Assembly (NCBI GenBank): GCA_963845065.1 | Contig: CAWJQQ010000009.1 | Location: 96,001 to 160,000 of the forward strand | DNA length: 64,000 bases | Origin: Nitrospirota bacterium | GTDB taxonomy: Bacteria > Nitrospirota > UBA9217 | Direction of reading: 5' to 3' | Shown: positions 42,140 to 52,972 of the stretch, piece by piece | Layout of the letters: each line of letters opens with the position of its first letter | Numbering within the stretch: position 1 is the first letter of the stretch | The notes under the pieces: generated by a model | Seen by the model: the letters and a program-made list of their open reading frames with translations, nothing else | What the model was told of the DNA's origin: nothing | Databases searched by the model: none | Program-made: the position numbers and the translations under genes

Positions 42140-42400
42140 GAGTCCTACTTGTAGCAAAAGTAGAAATGTCCGCTTTTAGGAGGCAACGGGAAGTTGCTGG
42201 TTTGCTCTTCTGAGTCTCTTCCATGGGTGATCTGATGGTTGATACTTTCTCTCAATTAATAACGGTTTTTCTAGTTTCTCTTTTACTGGCCGTATCGTGG
42301 ACTTATACGTTGAGTGTTTGTCCAAATAGACGCTCTGGGGAATGCCGTAGCGCTTGATATACCGATTGCATGAAAAAACATATTGCCAGGAACCGTGGGA
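42140..42400 (-). mobile_element. Internally deleted ISNCY/IS481-like element remnant
   Basis: Minus strand reads YIKRYGIPQSVYLDKHSTYKS fused to the tail PSDHPWKR...*, then terminal-type sequence GGACATTTCTACTTTTGCTACA. Confidence 0.7.
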
Positions 42401-42422
42401 ATGCTGTAGAATTTACCAATCT

Positions 42423-42935
42423 ATGTTTTTAGATACCAAAATAGTGAGAAGATACTTTACTTGGGCGCTGGACACAACCAGGGAATCCCATCTCCGAACT
42501 CTCGGTGACGGTCCCCTCTTTAAGGGTATGAGCGCGAAGCTACTCAGGAAATTGCTTATCGACCTCATCGAAAAAAAATATTCAGCGGGCGATATTATCT
42601 TTCACGAGGGAGACAGCGGAAAGGCAGTCTATGTCGTCCTCGAGGGCTCGATCAAAATAATCAAAGAGTCGAATTTAGAGAGCAAGACACTTTCTGTTCT
42701 GGGGCCAGGCTCCCATTTTGGTGAGCTAGCCCTCATCGGCAACACTTCCCGCTTTGCGACTGCTGTTGCTGAAAAGGATTCGCTCCTTTTGATCATGTAT
42801 AAGTCATACTTTGACGATCTTATTCGGTGCAATAGTGCAACCTCCGCGAGAATGCTTCTGAATCTCACCGAGATTTTGTCGAACTACATCCACCATTACC
42901 AGCCGGAATGCAACGATGAAAAGATATTGCCATGA
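42423..42935 (+). CDS. Cyclic nucleotide-binding domain protein (no HTH)
   Basis: IFHEGDSG, VLEGSI and FGELAL...RFATA. Confidence 0.88.
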   Translation: MFLDTKIVRRYFTWALDTTRESHLRTLGDGPLFKGMSAKLLRKLLIDLIEKKYSAGDIIFHEGDSGKAVYVVLEGSIKIIKESNLESKTLSVLGPGSHFGELALIGNTSRFATAVAEKDSLLLIMYKSYFDDLIRCNSATSARMLLNLTEILSNYIHHYQPECNDEKILP

Positions 42936-44080
42936 CTGATGAAAGGCATGAGAATGGAACCTCGCTAACCGATTCGCACAAGATACTTAACCAAATGCCA
43001 CGGTGGGTTCTTATTCTCCTGGCTCTTGGTGTCGCAGCAGTAATCGCTTCCCGTATTACTAACCTCCTCATGATTCTGATAGCCGCATTGGTCATTGCCT
43101 ATATCTTCAGTTCGGTTATCAGTGTCTTTGAAAGGCTTGGAATCAAGAGGAGCGTGGCGGTCATTCTGCTCTTTGTGCTCGCTGGCGTATTCGTGATTGC
43201 AGCAGATCTGCTCTTCATTCCCGGTCTTAAGCAGGAAATTATGAATGTCTATGCAAAGTTTCCTGAGTTCTCGCGTCAGATACAGGATGTTCTCCTTGTA
43301 ATCGCGCAAAACAGCGCAGGGAAATACCCCTTCATCGAATCGGGTATCATGAACCTTATTGATAATGTATTCGGTCCGAACGGATTTCTCGAACGGACAC
43401 CCAACGCTTCAAAAATTCTAATGCAGGCAACGCCATTTATTATGTCGCTCATTCTTGTTCCTTTCTTTGTTTTTTTCCTACTTAAGGACTGGCCGGGCGT
43501 AATAAAGAGGGTCATGGCCTGGGTTCCGCCTTCTTATGTGGAAACGACTATTTCGGTCATTGAAGAGATCAATATCCTCGTTGGAAAGTATCTTCGCGGG
43601 CTTGCCGTTGACTGTTTTGTTATAGGGGTACTGGCTTCAGTGGGGCTCTGGCTCATCGGAATCAACTATCCTATCACGCTCGGCATTTTGAGTGGTGTGG
43701 CAAATATTATACCGTATTTTGGCCCCATTATCGGATGCACGGTATCCTCGCTCGTCGCGCTGATGCAGTACCGTAGTTTTGATCCCGTATGGAATGTCGT
43801 TGTCCTGTACCTCGTAATAAAACTCATGGACGACTTCGTTATACAGCCGCTCCTAATCGGCAAAGGCGTGCACCTCCATCCCATGCTCCTTGTGATTACG
43901 TTAATCGTGGGGGGGAATCTCTTCGGTGTAATGGGTATGATACTGGGGGTCCCTGTTGTCACTGCTGCACAGAAAATTGCGGGCATCCTGCTGGAACACC
44001 ACCGGGAAACACTGAGAAGAGAATCCAAGGCGAGCTTAATCAAGCTGCCCCTTGCTAAGTCTCCCCTCAGACCGATTTAG
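42932..44080 (+). CDS. AI-2E family transporter
   Basis: FFLLKD, NIIPYFGP, LHP and GMILGVP; ATGA overlap with the upstream gene. Confidence 0.9.
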   Translation: MTDERHENGTSLTDSHKILNQMPRWVLILLALGVAAVIASRITNLLMILIAALVIAYIFSSVISVFERLGIKRSVAVILLFVLAGVFVIAADLLFIPGLKQEIMNVYAKFPEFSRQIQDVLLVIAQNSAGKYPFIESGIMNLIDNVFGPNGFLERTPNASKILMQATPFIMSLILVPFFVFFLLKDWPGVIKRVMAWVPPSYVETTISVIEEINILVGKYLRGLAVDCFVIGVLASVGLWLIGINYPITLGILSGVANIIPYFGPIIGCTVSSLVALMQYRSFDPVWNVVVLYLVIKLMDDFVIQPLLIGKGVHLHPMLLVITLIVGGNLFGVMGMILGVPVVTAAQKIAGILLEHHRETLRRESKASLIKLPLAKSPLRPI

Positions 44081-44243
44081 CGCTTTCTTAGTCAATTCCT
44101 TTTTGAAACACCGCAGCATTTGCGTCTTTTGGAAAGTGCACAGAACACTTCGAATTTGCTATCGTTTCCCTTTAAACTGCGACTAAGCTGCCAACGTCTT
44201 GTTCGTTCTATATTTTCCAGATTCCTTACCGTCCATTGTACGC

Positions 44244-44278
44244 CGTTCATCTTCCTGTAATCTGTCTTCTCCTATAAT
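44244..44278 (+). promoter_or_regulatory. Regulator box CGTTCATCTTCCTGTAATCT plus TATAAT -10 (copy 1)
   Basis: Identical 20-mer at 55365-55384 with the same 9-bp spacer to TATAAT. Confidence 0.75.
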
Positions 44279-44339
44279 GTATTTTGCAGGCTGAAATAGA
44301 AGCCGTCTGTGCTCCTAACTTTGCATCGGGGTGGCAGAT

Positions 44340-44647
44340 ATGAAAAGACTCGCGGCAGCCATATGCGGTATTGCCTTGACGTCATTTATAGTCGTTTCGT
44401 GTGGTTCTGCCGGGCACGTACGCAAGGAAAGGCTTTTACTCGCGGGCAATACATAAAGTACGCTAAGATGAGTCTTGACATTGCGCGGAATATTGTCAGA
44501 ACTGCCCTTTCAAGCTTCATCGATTCCGAGGTACGGGATCAAGAGCGCGACGGCAGCTGTCTACGTTATTTCGTTGCGATCCGCAAGAACGGTATCACCT
44601 ACGAGGTAGGTGTGGACTCAGTGACTCGAAGGGATCTCGAAAATTAA
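44340..44647 (+). pseudogene. Degenerate PepSY-domain protein
   Basis: Signal peptide MKRLAAAICG... shifts frame into AFTRGQYIKYAKMSLDIAR...LRY...YEVGVDSVT...EN. Confidence 0.6.
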
Positions 44648-44690
44648 CGGGAAGTTATGATTCTGACTAGCTCAAGGGGGGAGATACACT

Positions 44691-46115
44691 TTGTCTACTC
44701 CGTCAGTATGTGATAAAAAAGAGGATATATCAATTTTATCGAAGCGCCATTTATACCTCTGTTTATTCGTCGTTGCGCTATCTTCATGTGTCTCCTATCA
44801 CGCCAAGCCGCTCAGCACGCGGCCGACCCTGCTGCGCGAAGTACCTCATCTGTATATTCACGCCAACCAAATGCTTCTGCCGGGACTGGCGGTCCCGCCA
44901 TTTAATCCCAATGCAGACATTGATATAACGGAAGTCGCTATGTTGGCCGTGGTAAATAATCCCGACCTGATTGCCGTGCGGGATGAGACAGGCATCGCAC
45001 AGGCCCAGTTGATGGCCGCGGGTATTCTGCCTAATCCGCAGCTGACGGCGGGACTGGCCTATCCTACGAGTGGCCCGGGATATGTCGATGCCTTCAACTT
45101 GGGGCTTGATTATGACATCAGCACCTTATTTACACGCAGGGCCAGTATCAATGCGGCGCGCTCAAATACCATAAGCATTGATTTGACCATCCTGTGGCAG
45201 GAATGGCAGGTGGTACAGCAGGCGCGCATCTTTTTTGTTGATACCGTGGAGCAGAAGAAGCAGATGAAGGAGCTGCAGGCCTTTCGCGATCTCATGGACA
45301 CTGGATATAAGCGTGCACTGCGCGCCCTCAACGAGGGAGACCTTACGATCGATTTTGTGAGCGTGGATATGACCGCTCTTCAGGACGCTACCGCAAGCAT
45401 CCATGATTTGGAACGACAGCTCGCGAAAACGCGGTACGACCTCAATGCGCTTCTGGGCCTATCGCCCGATGTCAAGCTCGATCTCGTGGGAAACGTTGAA
45501 CTTCCGGAACCTGATCAAGAAACTATCGAGACGAACCTGGAACAACTACCGGAGCGCCGGCCGGACCTTCTTGCACTGCAGGCCGGGTATGCAAGCCAGG
45601 AAGAGCGTTTTCGCAAGGCGGTACTGGCCCAATTTCCTGCGCTCACTATCGGTCTGACCCGTGCCCGCGACACAACGGGGGTCTATACTTCGGGCTTTGG
45701 TATTACGCTCAGTCTGCCGTTTTTTGATCGGAACCAGGGTGCGATCGCAATAGAAAAAGCCACCCGTAAGCGCCTGTATGACGAATACCAGGCCCGTCTC
45801 AACGGGGCCTATTCTCAGATTAAGGACCTGCTGGAGCAATCGCGTCTGGTAAACAGGCAATACAAGGAGGTAAAGAGCGCTATCCCGGACATGGAGCAGA
45901 CGGCGGAGCGGGCAAAGACGGCACTGGATTCCGGAAATCTGGACATCACCACTTACACCAGCCTGCGGGCCGCGCTCCTAAGGAAACGTATCGAGGCAAT
46001 CACTCTTGAACAGACCGTGCTCGAACAACGGGTGGCTCTTCAGATGCTGCTTGGCAGTGAACTGCCGCCTGGCCTTGCGCCGGCCGATATTCGTCTCGAT
46101 AGACGGGGAAACTGA
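44691..46115 (+). CDS. TolC family outer membrane efflux lipoprotein
   Basis: Lipobox LSSC, NNPDL, LPNPQL, RRPDL and LPFFDRNQG. Confidence 0.9.
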   Translation: MSTPSVCDKKEDISILSKRHLYLCLFVVALSSCVSYHAKPLSTRPTLLREVPHLYIHANQMLLPGLAVPPFNPNADIDITEVAMLAVVNNPDLIAVRDETGIAQAQLMAAGILPNPQLTAGLAYPTSGPGYVDAFNLGLDYDISTLFTRRASINAARSNTISIDLTILWQEWQVVQQARIFFVDTVEQKKQMKELQAFRDLMDTGYKRALRALNEGDLTIDFVSVDMTALQDATASIHDLERQLAKTRYDLNALLGLSPDVKLDLVGNVELPEPDQETIETNLEQLPERRPDLLALQAGYASQEERFRKAVLAQFPALTIGLTRARDTTGVYTSGFGITLSLPFFDRNQGAIAIEKATRKRLYDEYQARLNGAYSQIKDLLEQSRLVNRQYKEVKSAIPDMEQTAERAKTALDSGNLDITTYTSLRAALLRKRIEAITLEQTVLEQRVALQMLLGSELPPGLAPADIRLDRRGN

Positions 46116-46116
46116 T

Positions 46117-47154
46117 ATGAAAACGTTGATATCTTTCAGTGTTGTCCTGTGGCTGGTTATTGGACTCTCTCTTGATGCGTCGGCCGCAGAAACCGTGAGC
46201 GCCCTGGTTCAAACCCAGTCCCTCGTGCGGCATAACCTTTCTAAGACGATCTCCAGTTACGGGACAGTAGACGTCGATCCTCTCAATATGGAAAGCATAA
46301 ACTTTCCTCGTGCAGGGCGGGTGACACGGCTTCTGGTTAGTCAGGGAGAAGAAGTAAGTAAGGACGCTCCCCTATTACAGTTCGAGACCAGTCCACAGGA
46401 AAGCGCAAACTATGAGCAGGCACGTACGAGCGTAGATCTCGCAAAAGTCGAGCTGACCCGTGTGCAGAACCTGCTGGCGCAGCAACTGGCGACCAAATCG
46501 CAGCTTGCAGTAGCCCAGAAAGCACTATACGACGCAGAGACTGGGCTTTCTGCTCAGCAGAAAATGGAAACAGGGATTCAAAGCCAGGTGGTTACTGCGC
46601 CTTTTAATGGCATCGTGAGCGCGCTTTTGGTGAGTCAGGGTGAACGCATGCAGGCAGGCGCATCATTATTGCGATTGTCACGGCAAGATCGACTTCGCAT
46701 AGTGCTCGGTATCGAGCCGGAAGACGCTCGCAAAGTAAGACGCGGCATGATGGTCGAGTTGGTACCAGTATTCGATCGCACGCAGGCGGCAGCAGGCGTG
46801 GTCGGCGCGGTCAGCGGCATGATCAATCCACAGACAGGTCTCGTTGATGTGCTTGCCAGACTGAAGTCGGGACAAGCCGTCCGATTGATGCCAGGGATGC
46901 GGATGGAGGGAAAAATCACGCTCGTAAGTCTCCACGGGTTCGCTGTCCCTAGACAGGCGGTCCTCAGTGATGATCACGGATCATATATATTCGTGGTGAG
47001 GAAGGGCCTCAGCCACCGTATCAATGTGAAGACTGGCATCGAAACGCATGGTCTCGTCGGCATCGATGGGTCTTTCGAGAGCGACGATCGCGTTGTAGTC
47101 ATGGGTAATTACGAGCTCCAGGAAGGGATGGCAGTGCGGGAGACTTCGAAATGA
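46117..47154 (+). CDS. RND efflux membrane fusion protein
   Basis: Signal peptide, lipoyl-like halves, VTAPFNGIV, PGMRM and VPRQAV. Confidence 0.9.
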   Translation: MKTLISFSVVLWLVIGLSLDASAAETVSALVQTQSLVRHNLSKTISSYGTVDVDPLNMESINFPRAGRVTRLLVSQGEEVSKDAPLLQFETSPQESANYEQARTSVDLAKVELTRVQNLLAQQLATKSQLAVAQKALYDAETGLSAQQKMETGIQSQVVTAPFNGIVSALLVSQGERMQAGASLLRLSRQDRLRIVLGIEPEDARKVRRGMMVELVPVFDRTQAAAGVVGAVSGMINPQTGLVDVLARLKSGQAVRLMPGMRMEGKITLVSLHGFAVPRQAVLSDDHGSYIFVVRKGLSHRINVKTGIETHGLVGIDGSFESDDRVVVMGNYELQEGMAVRETSK

Positions 47155-50100
47155 GCACGTTCTCTCTCTGGGTACAGGTGCATCGCCGCTCAATCCTCTT
47201 CCTGGTACTGATCCTGGCCCTTGCAGGGGCCGTAATTGCCTTCAAATTGCCCGTAGCACTTTTCCCGAATGTGGATTTCCCCCGTGTTGTGGTCTCGCTG
47301 GATGCGGGCGATCGGGCAGCGGAGCTGATGGAACTGCAGGTAACGCGGCCGGTCGAAGAGGCGGTCCGCTCGATACCCGGCGTTATCTCGGTACGCTCCA
47401 ACAGCAGTCGCGGGAGCGCCGATATTTCGATCAATTTCGATTGGGGCGTAGATATGGTTTCCTCACAGCTCCAGGTTGAGTCTGCAGTCAGCCGGGTGCT
47501 ACCGCAACTGCCGCAGGGAACGGTCTTCAAGGTCAAGCGCATGGATCCGACAGTGTTTCCGGTCCTGGCCTACAGCCTGACTTCTGACAGCCTTTCCTTA
47601 GTAGAACTGCACGATATCGCAGAATATAAACTAATTCCCCTGCTGTCAAGCGTCAACGGAACGTCGCGGGTGCAGGTCATCGGGGGCCACTTGGAGGAGT
47701 ATCGCGTTACCGTAGATCCGGCACGACTTCTGACCTACGGACTGACCCTGAACGACGTAGCACAGACGCTTTCGGCAGCCAACGTTATCACGGCCGTGGG
47801 ACGCATGGAAGACCATTTCAAACTTTATCTCGTGATGTCGGACACGCGCTTTACAGGCCTCGACCAGATCCTCCGAACCGTCTTACGCAGCGGTCCAAAC
47901 GGCATTGTCCGCGTTGAGGAAGTCGCCACAGTACAGCGCGACATCGTTCCCCAGTGGCAGCGCGTGACCGCAGATGGGCACGACGCCGTGTTGATTAATG
48001 TCTACCAGCAGCCTGGTGGCAATACCGTCCAGATCGCCCGGGACATCAAGGCAAAACTTGCCTTCTATCAGGCCGCGCTGCCTGCAGGGGTCCGGATCAG
48101 CAATTGGTACGACCAGAGCGAGCTCATCATTGCATCCGCGACCAGCGTACGCGATGCAATCATCATCGGAGTGATCCTCGGAGCGCTGGTATTGCTCTTT
48201 TTCCTACGCAATCTCAAGATTACCCTCATCGCCATCGTCGTCGTTCCGACGGTGCTGGCTGCCACCATTGTCCTTCTCTATGTGCTGAAGATGAGCTTTA
48301 ACATCATGACGCTGGGGGGGATGGCGGCAGCAGTAGGTCTGATTATAGATGACGTCATTGTGATGGTGGAGCACATCATGCGACGTTTGCGCGGGAGCGG
48401 AGAACAGCACCGTGGTCGCGTGATGGCCGCAGCGCGTGAGTTTGCACAGCCTCTCGTGGGTTCCTCTACGGCCACCATCATCATCTTTCTGCCGCTGGCC
48501 TTTTTGAACGGGGTAACTGGTGCTTTCTTTAAGGCTCTGTCGCTCACCATGGCGGCGGCTTTGATTATTTCATTTCTCATAACCTGGCTTGCCATTCCGA
48601 TCCTAGCGGACCATCTGCTAGGAAGAAAAGAAGCGGAAGAGAGCGAAGGCGGTCCTTTCAGGGAACGCACGCACCACGCGTACGAATGGATCATGACGCG
48701 ATTGTTGATACGGCCAGTATTCCTCCTGACAGGCATCGTTCCGCTCCTGGTACTCGGTTTCATTAGTTACCGCCAAGTCGGATCAGGGTTCATGCCGGTG
48801 ATGGATGAAGGAGGCTTCATCCTCGATTACCGCACGCCGCCTGGAACCGCGCTTTCCGAAACCGACCGTCTGTTACGCCAAGTCGAAGACATCATCACGG
48901 CTACTCCGGAAGTGCTCACCTATTCGCGCCGTACGGGCACGCAACTCGGCGGCGGACTCACGGAGGCTAACGAAGGCGACTTTTTTATCCGATTGAAACC
49001 GCTGCCGAGACGACCCATCGAAGATGTCATGGACGACATCCGCAAAAAAGTTGAGCGGGAGGTGCCTGGCATCGATATCGAACTAGCCCAGCTCATGGAA
49101 GATCTGATCGGAGACCTGACTGCCGTGCCTCAGCCCATCGAGATCAAACTGTACTCCGACAACCAATACCAGCTTGCCGCCGTGGGCCAGCGAGTGGCCG
49201 ATGCCATCGGTGGAATACCCGGCGTGGTGGATGTACGCAGCGGCATCGTTCTTGCGGGGGACGCGCTGGACATCCAGATGGACCGAACTAAGACCGCACT
49301 GGAAGGGGTAGATCCCGACACAATAACCCGCACGTTGAATGACTATCTGACAGGTGCGGCGACGACCCAGGTTCAGGAAGGGGTAAAGATGGTCGGCGTC
49401 CGCGTCTGGATTGCTCAAGAGCAGCGCGACAAAGAAAGCGAGATCAGAAATCTCATGATGCGTTCCCCAGACGGCCATATGTTTCCCCTCAGGCGGGTGG
49501 CGAGCGTCAAGGCAGTCATCGGCCAAGCCCAGATAACCAGCGAAAACCTTAAGACTATGACGGCGGCGACTGGCCGCATCACCGGCCGAGATATGGGCTC
49601 GGTCATCCGGGATGTGCGCATGGTACTGGCACGCCCGAGTTTGATTCCGAAGGACGTCTATTTCGAACTGGGTGGGATGTACGAACAGCAGCAGATCGCG
49701 TTCAGAGGGCTTATTGCCGTGTTCATCGCCGCACTAGCCCTCGTGTGTCTGCTCCTCCTCTTTTTATATGAACGCTTACAAATCGTGCTAGCCATCATGG
49801 TGATCCCTGTCCTTTCCCTGTCAGCGGTCTTCATTGGGCTATGGATGACCGGCACGGAACTGAACATCTCTGCCATGATGGGCATGACCATGATCGTGGG
49901 AATTGTGACTGAGGTTGCAATTTTTTACTTCTCGGAATACCGTGAACTCGCTGAGAGCATGGACGTGCTCCCCGCATTGATCGAGGCGGGAAAGAACCGC
50001 ATGAGGCCCATCATCATGACTACGTTCGTGACGATCCTGACCTTGCTGCCCCTGGCGCTGGCGCTGGGTCAGGGCGCCGCGATGCAACAACCCCTCGCAA

Positions 50101-50228
50101 TCGCAATCATATCGGGGCTGCTGGTCCAAATACCGCTTACGCTACTTGTATTGCCCACGTTTTATTATCTTGTCTCAAAAGTAAAAGGAGAAAATGGCAA
50201 GATAGATGAGAGTGGGGTTTTACCATGA
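47151..50228 (+). CDS. RND efflux permease (AcrB/CzcA superfamily)
   Basis: 1025 aa with GLIIDDVIVMVE, FMPVMDEG and RMRPIIMT. Confidence 0.95.
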   Translation: MSTFSLWVQVHRRSILFLVLILALAGAVIAFKLPVALFPNVDFPRVVVSLDAGDRAAELMELQVTRPVEEAVRSIPGVISVRSNSSRGSADISINFDWGVDMVSSQLQVESAVSRVLPQLPQGTVFKVKRMDPTVFPVLAYSLTSDSLSLVELHDIAEYKLIPLLSSVNGTSRVQVIGGHLEEYRVTVDPARLLTYGLTLNDVAQTLSAANVITAVGRMEDHFKLYLVMSDTRFTGLDQILRTVLRSGPNGIVRVEEVATVQRDIVPQWQRVTADGHDAVLINVYQQPGGNTVQIARDIKAKLAFYQAALPAGVRISNWYDQSELIIASATSVRDAIIIGVILGALVLLFFLRNLKITLIAIVVVPTVLAATIVLLYVLKMSFNIMTLGGMAAAVGLIIDDVIVMVEHIMRRLRGSGEQHRGRVMAAAREFAQPLVGSSTATIIIFLPLAFLNGVTGAFFKALSLTMAAALIISFLITWLAIPILADHLLGRKEAEESEGGPFRERTHHAYEWIMTRLLIRPVFLLTGIVPLLVLGFISYRQVGSGFMPVMDEGGFILDYRTPPGTALSETDRLLRQVEDIITATPEVLTYSRRTGTQLGGGLTEANEGDFFIRLKPLPRRPIEDVMDDIRKKVEREVPGIDIELAQLMEDLIGDLTAVPQPIEIKLYSDNQYQLAAVGQRVADAIGGIPGVVDVRSGIVLAGDALDIQMDRTKTALEGVDPDTITRTLNDYLTGAATTQVQEGVKMVGVRVWIAQEQRDKESEIRNLMMRSPDGHMFPLRRVASVKAVIGQAQITSENLKTMTAATGRITGRDMGSVIRDVRMVLARPSLIPKDVYFELGGMYEQQQIAFRGLIAVFIAALALVCLLLLFLYERLQIVLAIMVIPVLSLSAVFIGLWMTGTELNISAMMGMTMIVGIVTEVAIFYFSEYRELAESMDVLPALIEAGKNRMRPIIMTTFVTILTLLPLALALGQGAAMQQPLAIAIISGLLVQIPLTLLVLPTFYYLVSKVKGENGKIDESGVLP

Positions 50229-50299
50229 GCATACTGATCGTAGTGGACGAAAAATCAATTGCCGATATTTTGAAAGAAGGCTTGCATTTAAAAAATTAA
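50225..50299 (+). pseudogene. Truncated OmpR-type response regulator stub
   Basis: MSILIVVDEKSIADILKEGL overlaps the RND stop (ATGA) and closely matches the N-terminus of the regulator at 55627. Confidence 0.75.
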
Positions 50300-50444
50300 T
50301 GCAGCCTCTTATAATCATATTTGAGCAGCCCCATTTGGTCAAAGTATCCAACCGCACTATTTTTTTATAAATATTACACCGATGTACTTGAAAGATGCAG
50401 CGCGATATAACGTTTGGGAGAGATCCTTCCCGAGGAGATATACA

Positions 50445-52430
50445 ATGACACGTTCTAATCAGCTGAATAATTTGATCAGTAAATTCCAGTGGGACAGTAA
50501 TTGGACTTCATCCATACGCTATACGTTGGCACTGATTCCATTACTTCTCCTGACGTTACGGATAAAATATGATCTCCTCATGTCGACTGCCATCTTGGTT
50601 CTATCGCACAATCTGGGAAGATATGGAGACAATGCCCTTGGATTTTGGGAAAGACTCACGTTTTTTCGCAGCGACCTGTTACTCGGTTTTATCCTGTTCC
50701 CGATCTGTTATATGTTCATCATACGAGTATTGCCGAGCAGATATCGCGTTTTGTTTGTTGTCGCTCTCAATATCAGTTTTTGCACCATGCTCTACGCAAC
50801 GTGGCAGTGCTATTTACAAACGGGGCAGTTTTATTCCCTGTCAACATTGCGCGACTCCCTTTGGTGGGGATGGCATCATCCCGAGTTCATCAGCCAGTAT
50901 GTTTCCAGGAGCGGCATTGCGAAGCTTTTGCTGGCTATCATAGTTAGCTGCGGGGCAGCGCTGTGGGCGGCCGTACTCGACAAGAAGAGCACAGCCCCAC
51001 AAAATTCGAATCGCTGGCGCAATGGAGCCGTTGGATACGTAGTGCTGATTGTATTAACTGCCTTGGTGCCTTCTATCACTTCATCGATCCCGTCGACACA
51101 ATATCATAAAAGCATCTTCATGGTGGCAGCAGATTCATTCCTGGGAGTTAGAGAGGGTGGTATTTCTTTCAAGGAGTTCGCCCAGTTGGGGCGAGTGGAA
51201 TTGATAAGGCGTTACCGGGACTTTGTTCATGCTCCGGCGCGGGAAAAAAATTTGCTTTATTGGTCGAAAGCCAAAGGATATAACGTCATATTCTTCATTT
51301 TGGAAACCGCCCCTGCAAGGGTGCTCCACCTGGATGGAGATCTCCAGGACCTGCCCGTTCTGCGACGGTTGCGAAAACAGGCATTTATGGGCTTGGAGCA
51401 TTATACTACGTATCCTTACACAAACAGGGCATGGTTTTCCATTTTTAGCTCATTATATCCTTCAAGTCTGGAAAATAATTTTGCGGACAAGCCGGGTCGA
51501 CACTTTCCTGGCATGATCCATAGCTTATCAGACCAGGGATACGTTACGAAGGTCTATTACACCCCAAATGTTACGGATTACGAAACATTCGAGTCACTTG
51601 GGTTCCAGTTCCAATATTTTCAGACAAGAATGCTACCCGAGGAATTGCCCCGTGACACGAAGGATATCGCGACAGAAAATATTGAAAAAGTGAGAATAGC
51701 TGAAGACAAGACAACACTAAGCCTCTTAGAAAATGACATGGAAAAGTGGCTTCGGGAAAAGCAAAAGTTTTGTGTCGCGATCGGTCCCCAGATCGGCCAT
51801 GCGCCATGGCTGAAGCTTCAAGAATCAGTGAACCAGGACAACCTGACTGCTCGAGGTCATGCAACGATCAAATTACAAGATAAGTGGTTGGGTGAGCTGG
51901 TAGACATTCTTCAGAAGTATGACCAGTTGGATAAGACAATCATTGTCGTGGTCGGGGACCATGGCGTGCGCACGAAACAGGAAGACCCGAGTTTCGAGGG
52001 GGGGATGATAGATGAATATTCCTTCCATGTACCTCTGCTTATTTATGTACCGCGAGTCCTTCACTCCACAGTTGCAATCCCCTGGGTGACATCGCACATT
52101 GATGTGTCTCCGACCGTCTCGGATCTGCTGGGAATTACAGAAGAGCGAAGCATGGAACAGGGGTCCCCCCTTTGGGAAAAACAGTTGCGGAACCGGGCAA
52201 CGTATTTTTTTGCTAATTCCTATTTGGGGGCCGACGGCTATACGTATGGAGGTCAATATTATATGAAAAACCAGGTTTCAAACGTGATCTATAATAATAA
52301 AAGACTTAATTTCGGGATGAACAACCTTGTTCCCGACAATACAGCTGCATACAAATATATCAATGAGAGGATTCAGCACATGGTTGCCCTCCAGGAAGCA
52401 CTCGGGAAAAAAGCAGGAGAACAACCGTAA
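50445..52430 (+). CDS. LTA synthase/sulfatase-family membrane protein
   Basis: About five TM helices, then an alkaline-phosphatase fold (NVIFFILET, YPYT, GH, VVGDHG, SHIDVSPT). Confidence 0.85.
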   Translation: MTRSNQLNNLISKFQWDSNWTSSIRYTLALIPLLLLTLRIKYDLLMSTAILVLSHNLGRYGDNALGFWERLTFFRSDLLLGFILFPICYMFIIRVLPSRYRVLFVVALNISFCTMLYATWQCYLQTGQFYSLSTLRDSLWWGWHHPEFISQYVSRSGIAKLLLAIIVSCGAALWAAVLDKKSTAPQNSNRWRNGAVGYVVLIVLTALVPSITSSIPSTQYHKSIFMVAADSFLGVREGGISFKEFAQLGRVELIRRYRDFVHAPAREKNLLYWSKAKGYNVIFFILETAPARVLHLDGDLQDLPVLRRLRKQAFMGLEHYTTYPYTNRAWFSIFSSLYPSSLENNFADKPGRHFPGMIHSLSDQGYVTKVYYTPNVTDYETFESLGFQFQYFQTRMLPEELPRDTKDIATENIEKVRIAEDKTTLSLLENDMEKWLREKQKFCVAIGPQIGHAPWLKLQESVNQDNLTARGHATIKLQDKWLGELVDILQKYDQLDKTIIVVVGDHGVRTKQEDPSFEGGMIDEYSFHVPLLIYVPRVLHSTVAIPWVTSHIDVSPTVSDLLGITEERSMEQGSPLWEKQLRNRATYFFANSYLGADGYTYGGQYYMKNQVSNVIYNNKRLNFGMNNLVPDNTAAYKYINERIQHMVALQEALGKKAGEQP

Positions 52431-52972
52431 ATAGCTCTCCGTAGACACAATGGCAAAACAAGATGAAACCCGGGAAAGTATTGATATCAGTACTATCAAC
52501 ATTTTTTCCTTTCAGGAACTGTTGACGTCTACCACGCTGGAAGGATCGCAGGCTTATGTACATGGATTATAGTAGTGGAAAAGTTACCGGTCGGACTCTC
52601 CGCTCCTTGTTTGATAATCGGTGTCTTCCAGAGGTTTTAACTGCGTGATTGGCTTGCTGAAATCTAAGACAATAGGTAAATTCTTCATTTTATTCCCTGC
52701 TGGTCATGACATCTTGGAAATTATATTTTGCTGACGCTGTCTACGAGGTGAGGATGCGGGCCTTTCGCCGGTCAAACCCAATGGCCAAAAGCTGATCGTA
52801 TGGCGTCTCGACAGGGCGGATATTGGGCGTGACAAACAATGCTTCGTGTTATTCAGTACTATATTGCTGGCTCTGTGAGGCCTATGATCTTACCGTGTTT
52901 AATTTATGCTTTTCCAGTAACGGTCAACTGAAGCTTGGTTTTTCACCATAGATGTCTATAAGGAGGATTAGA

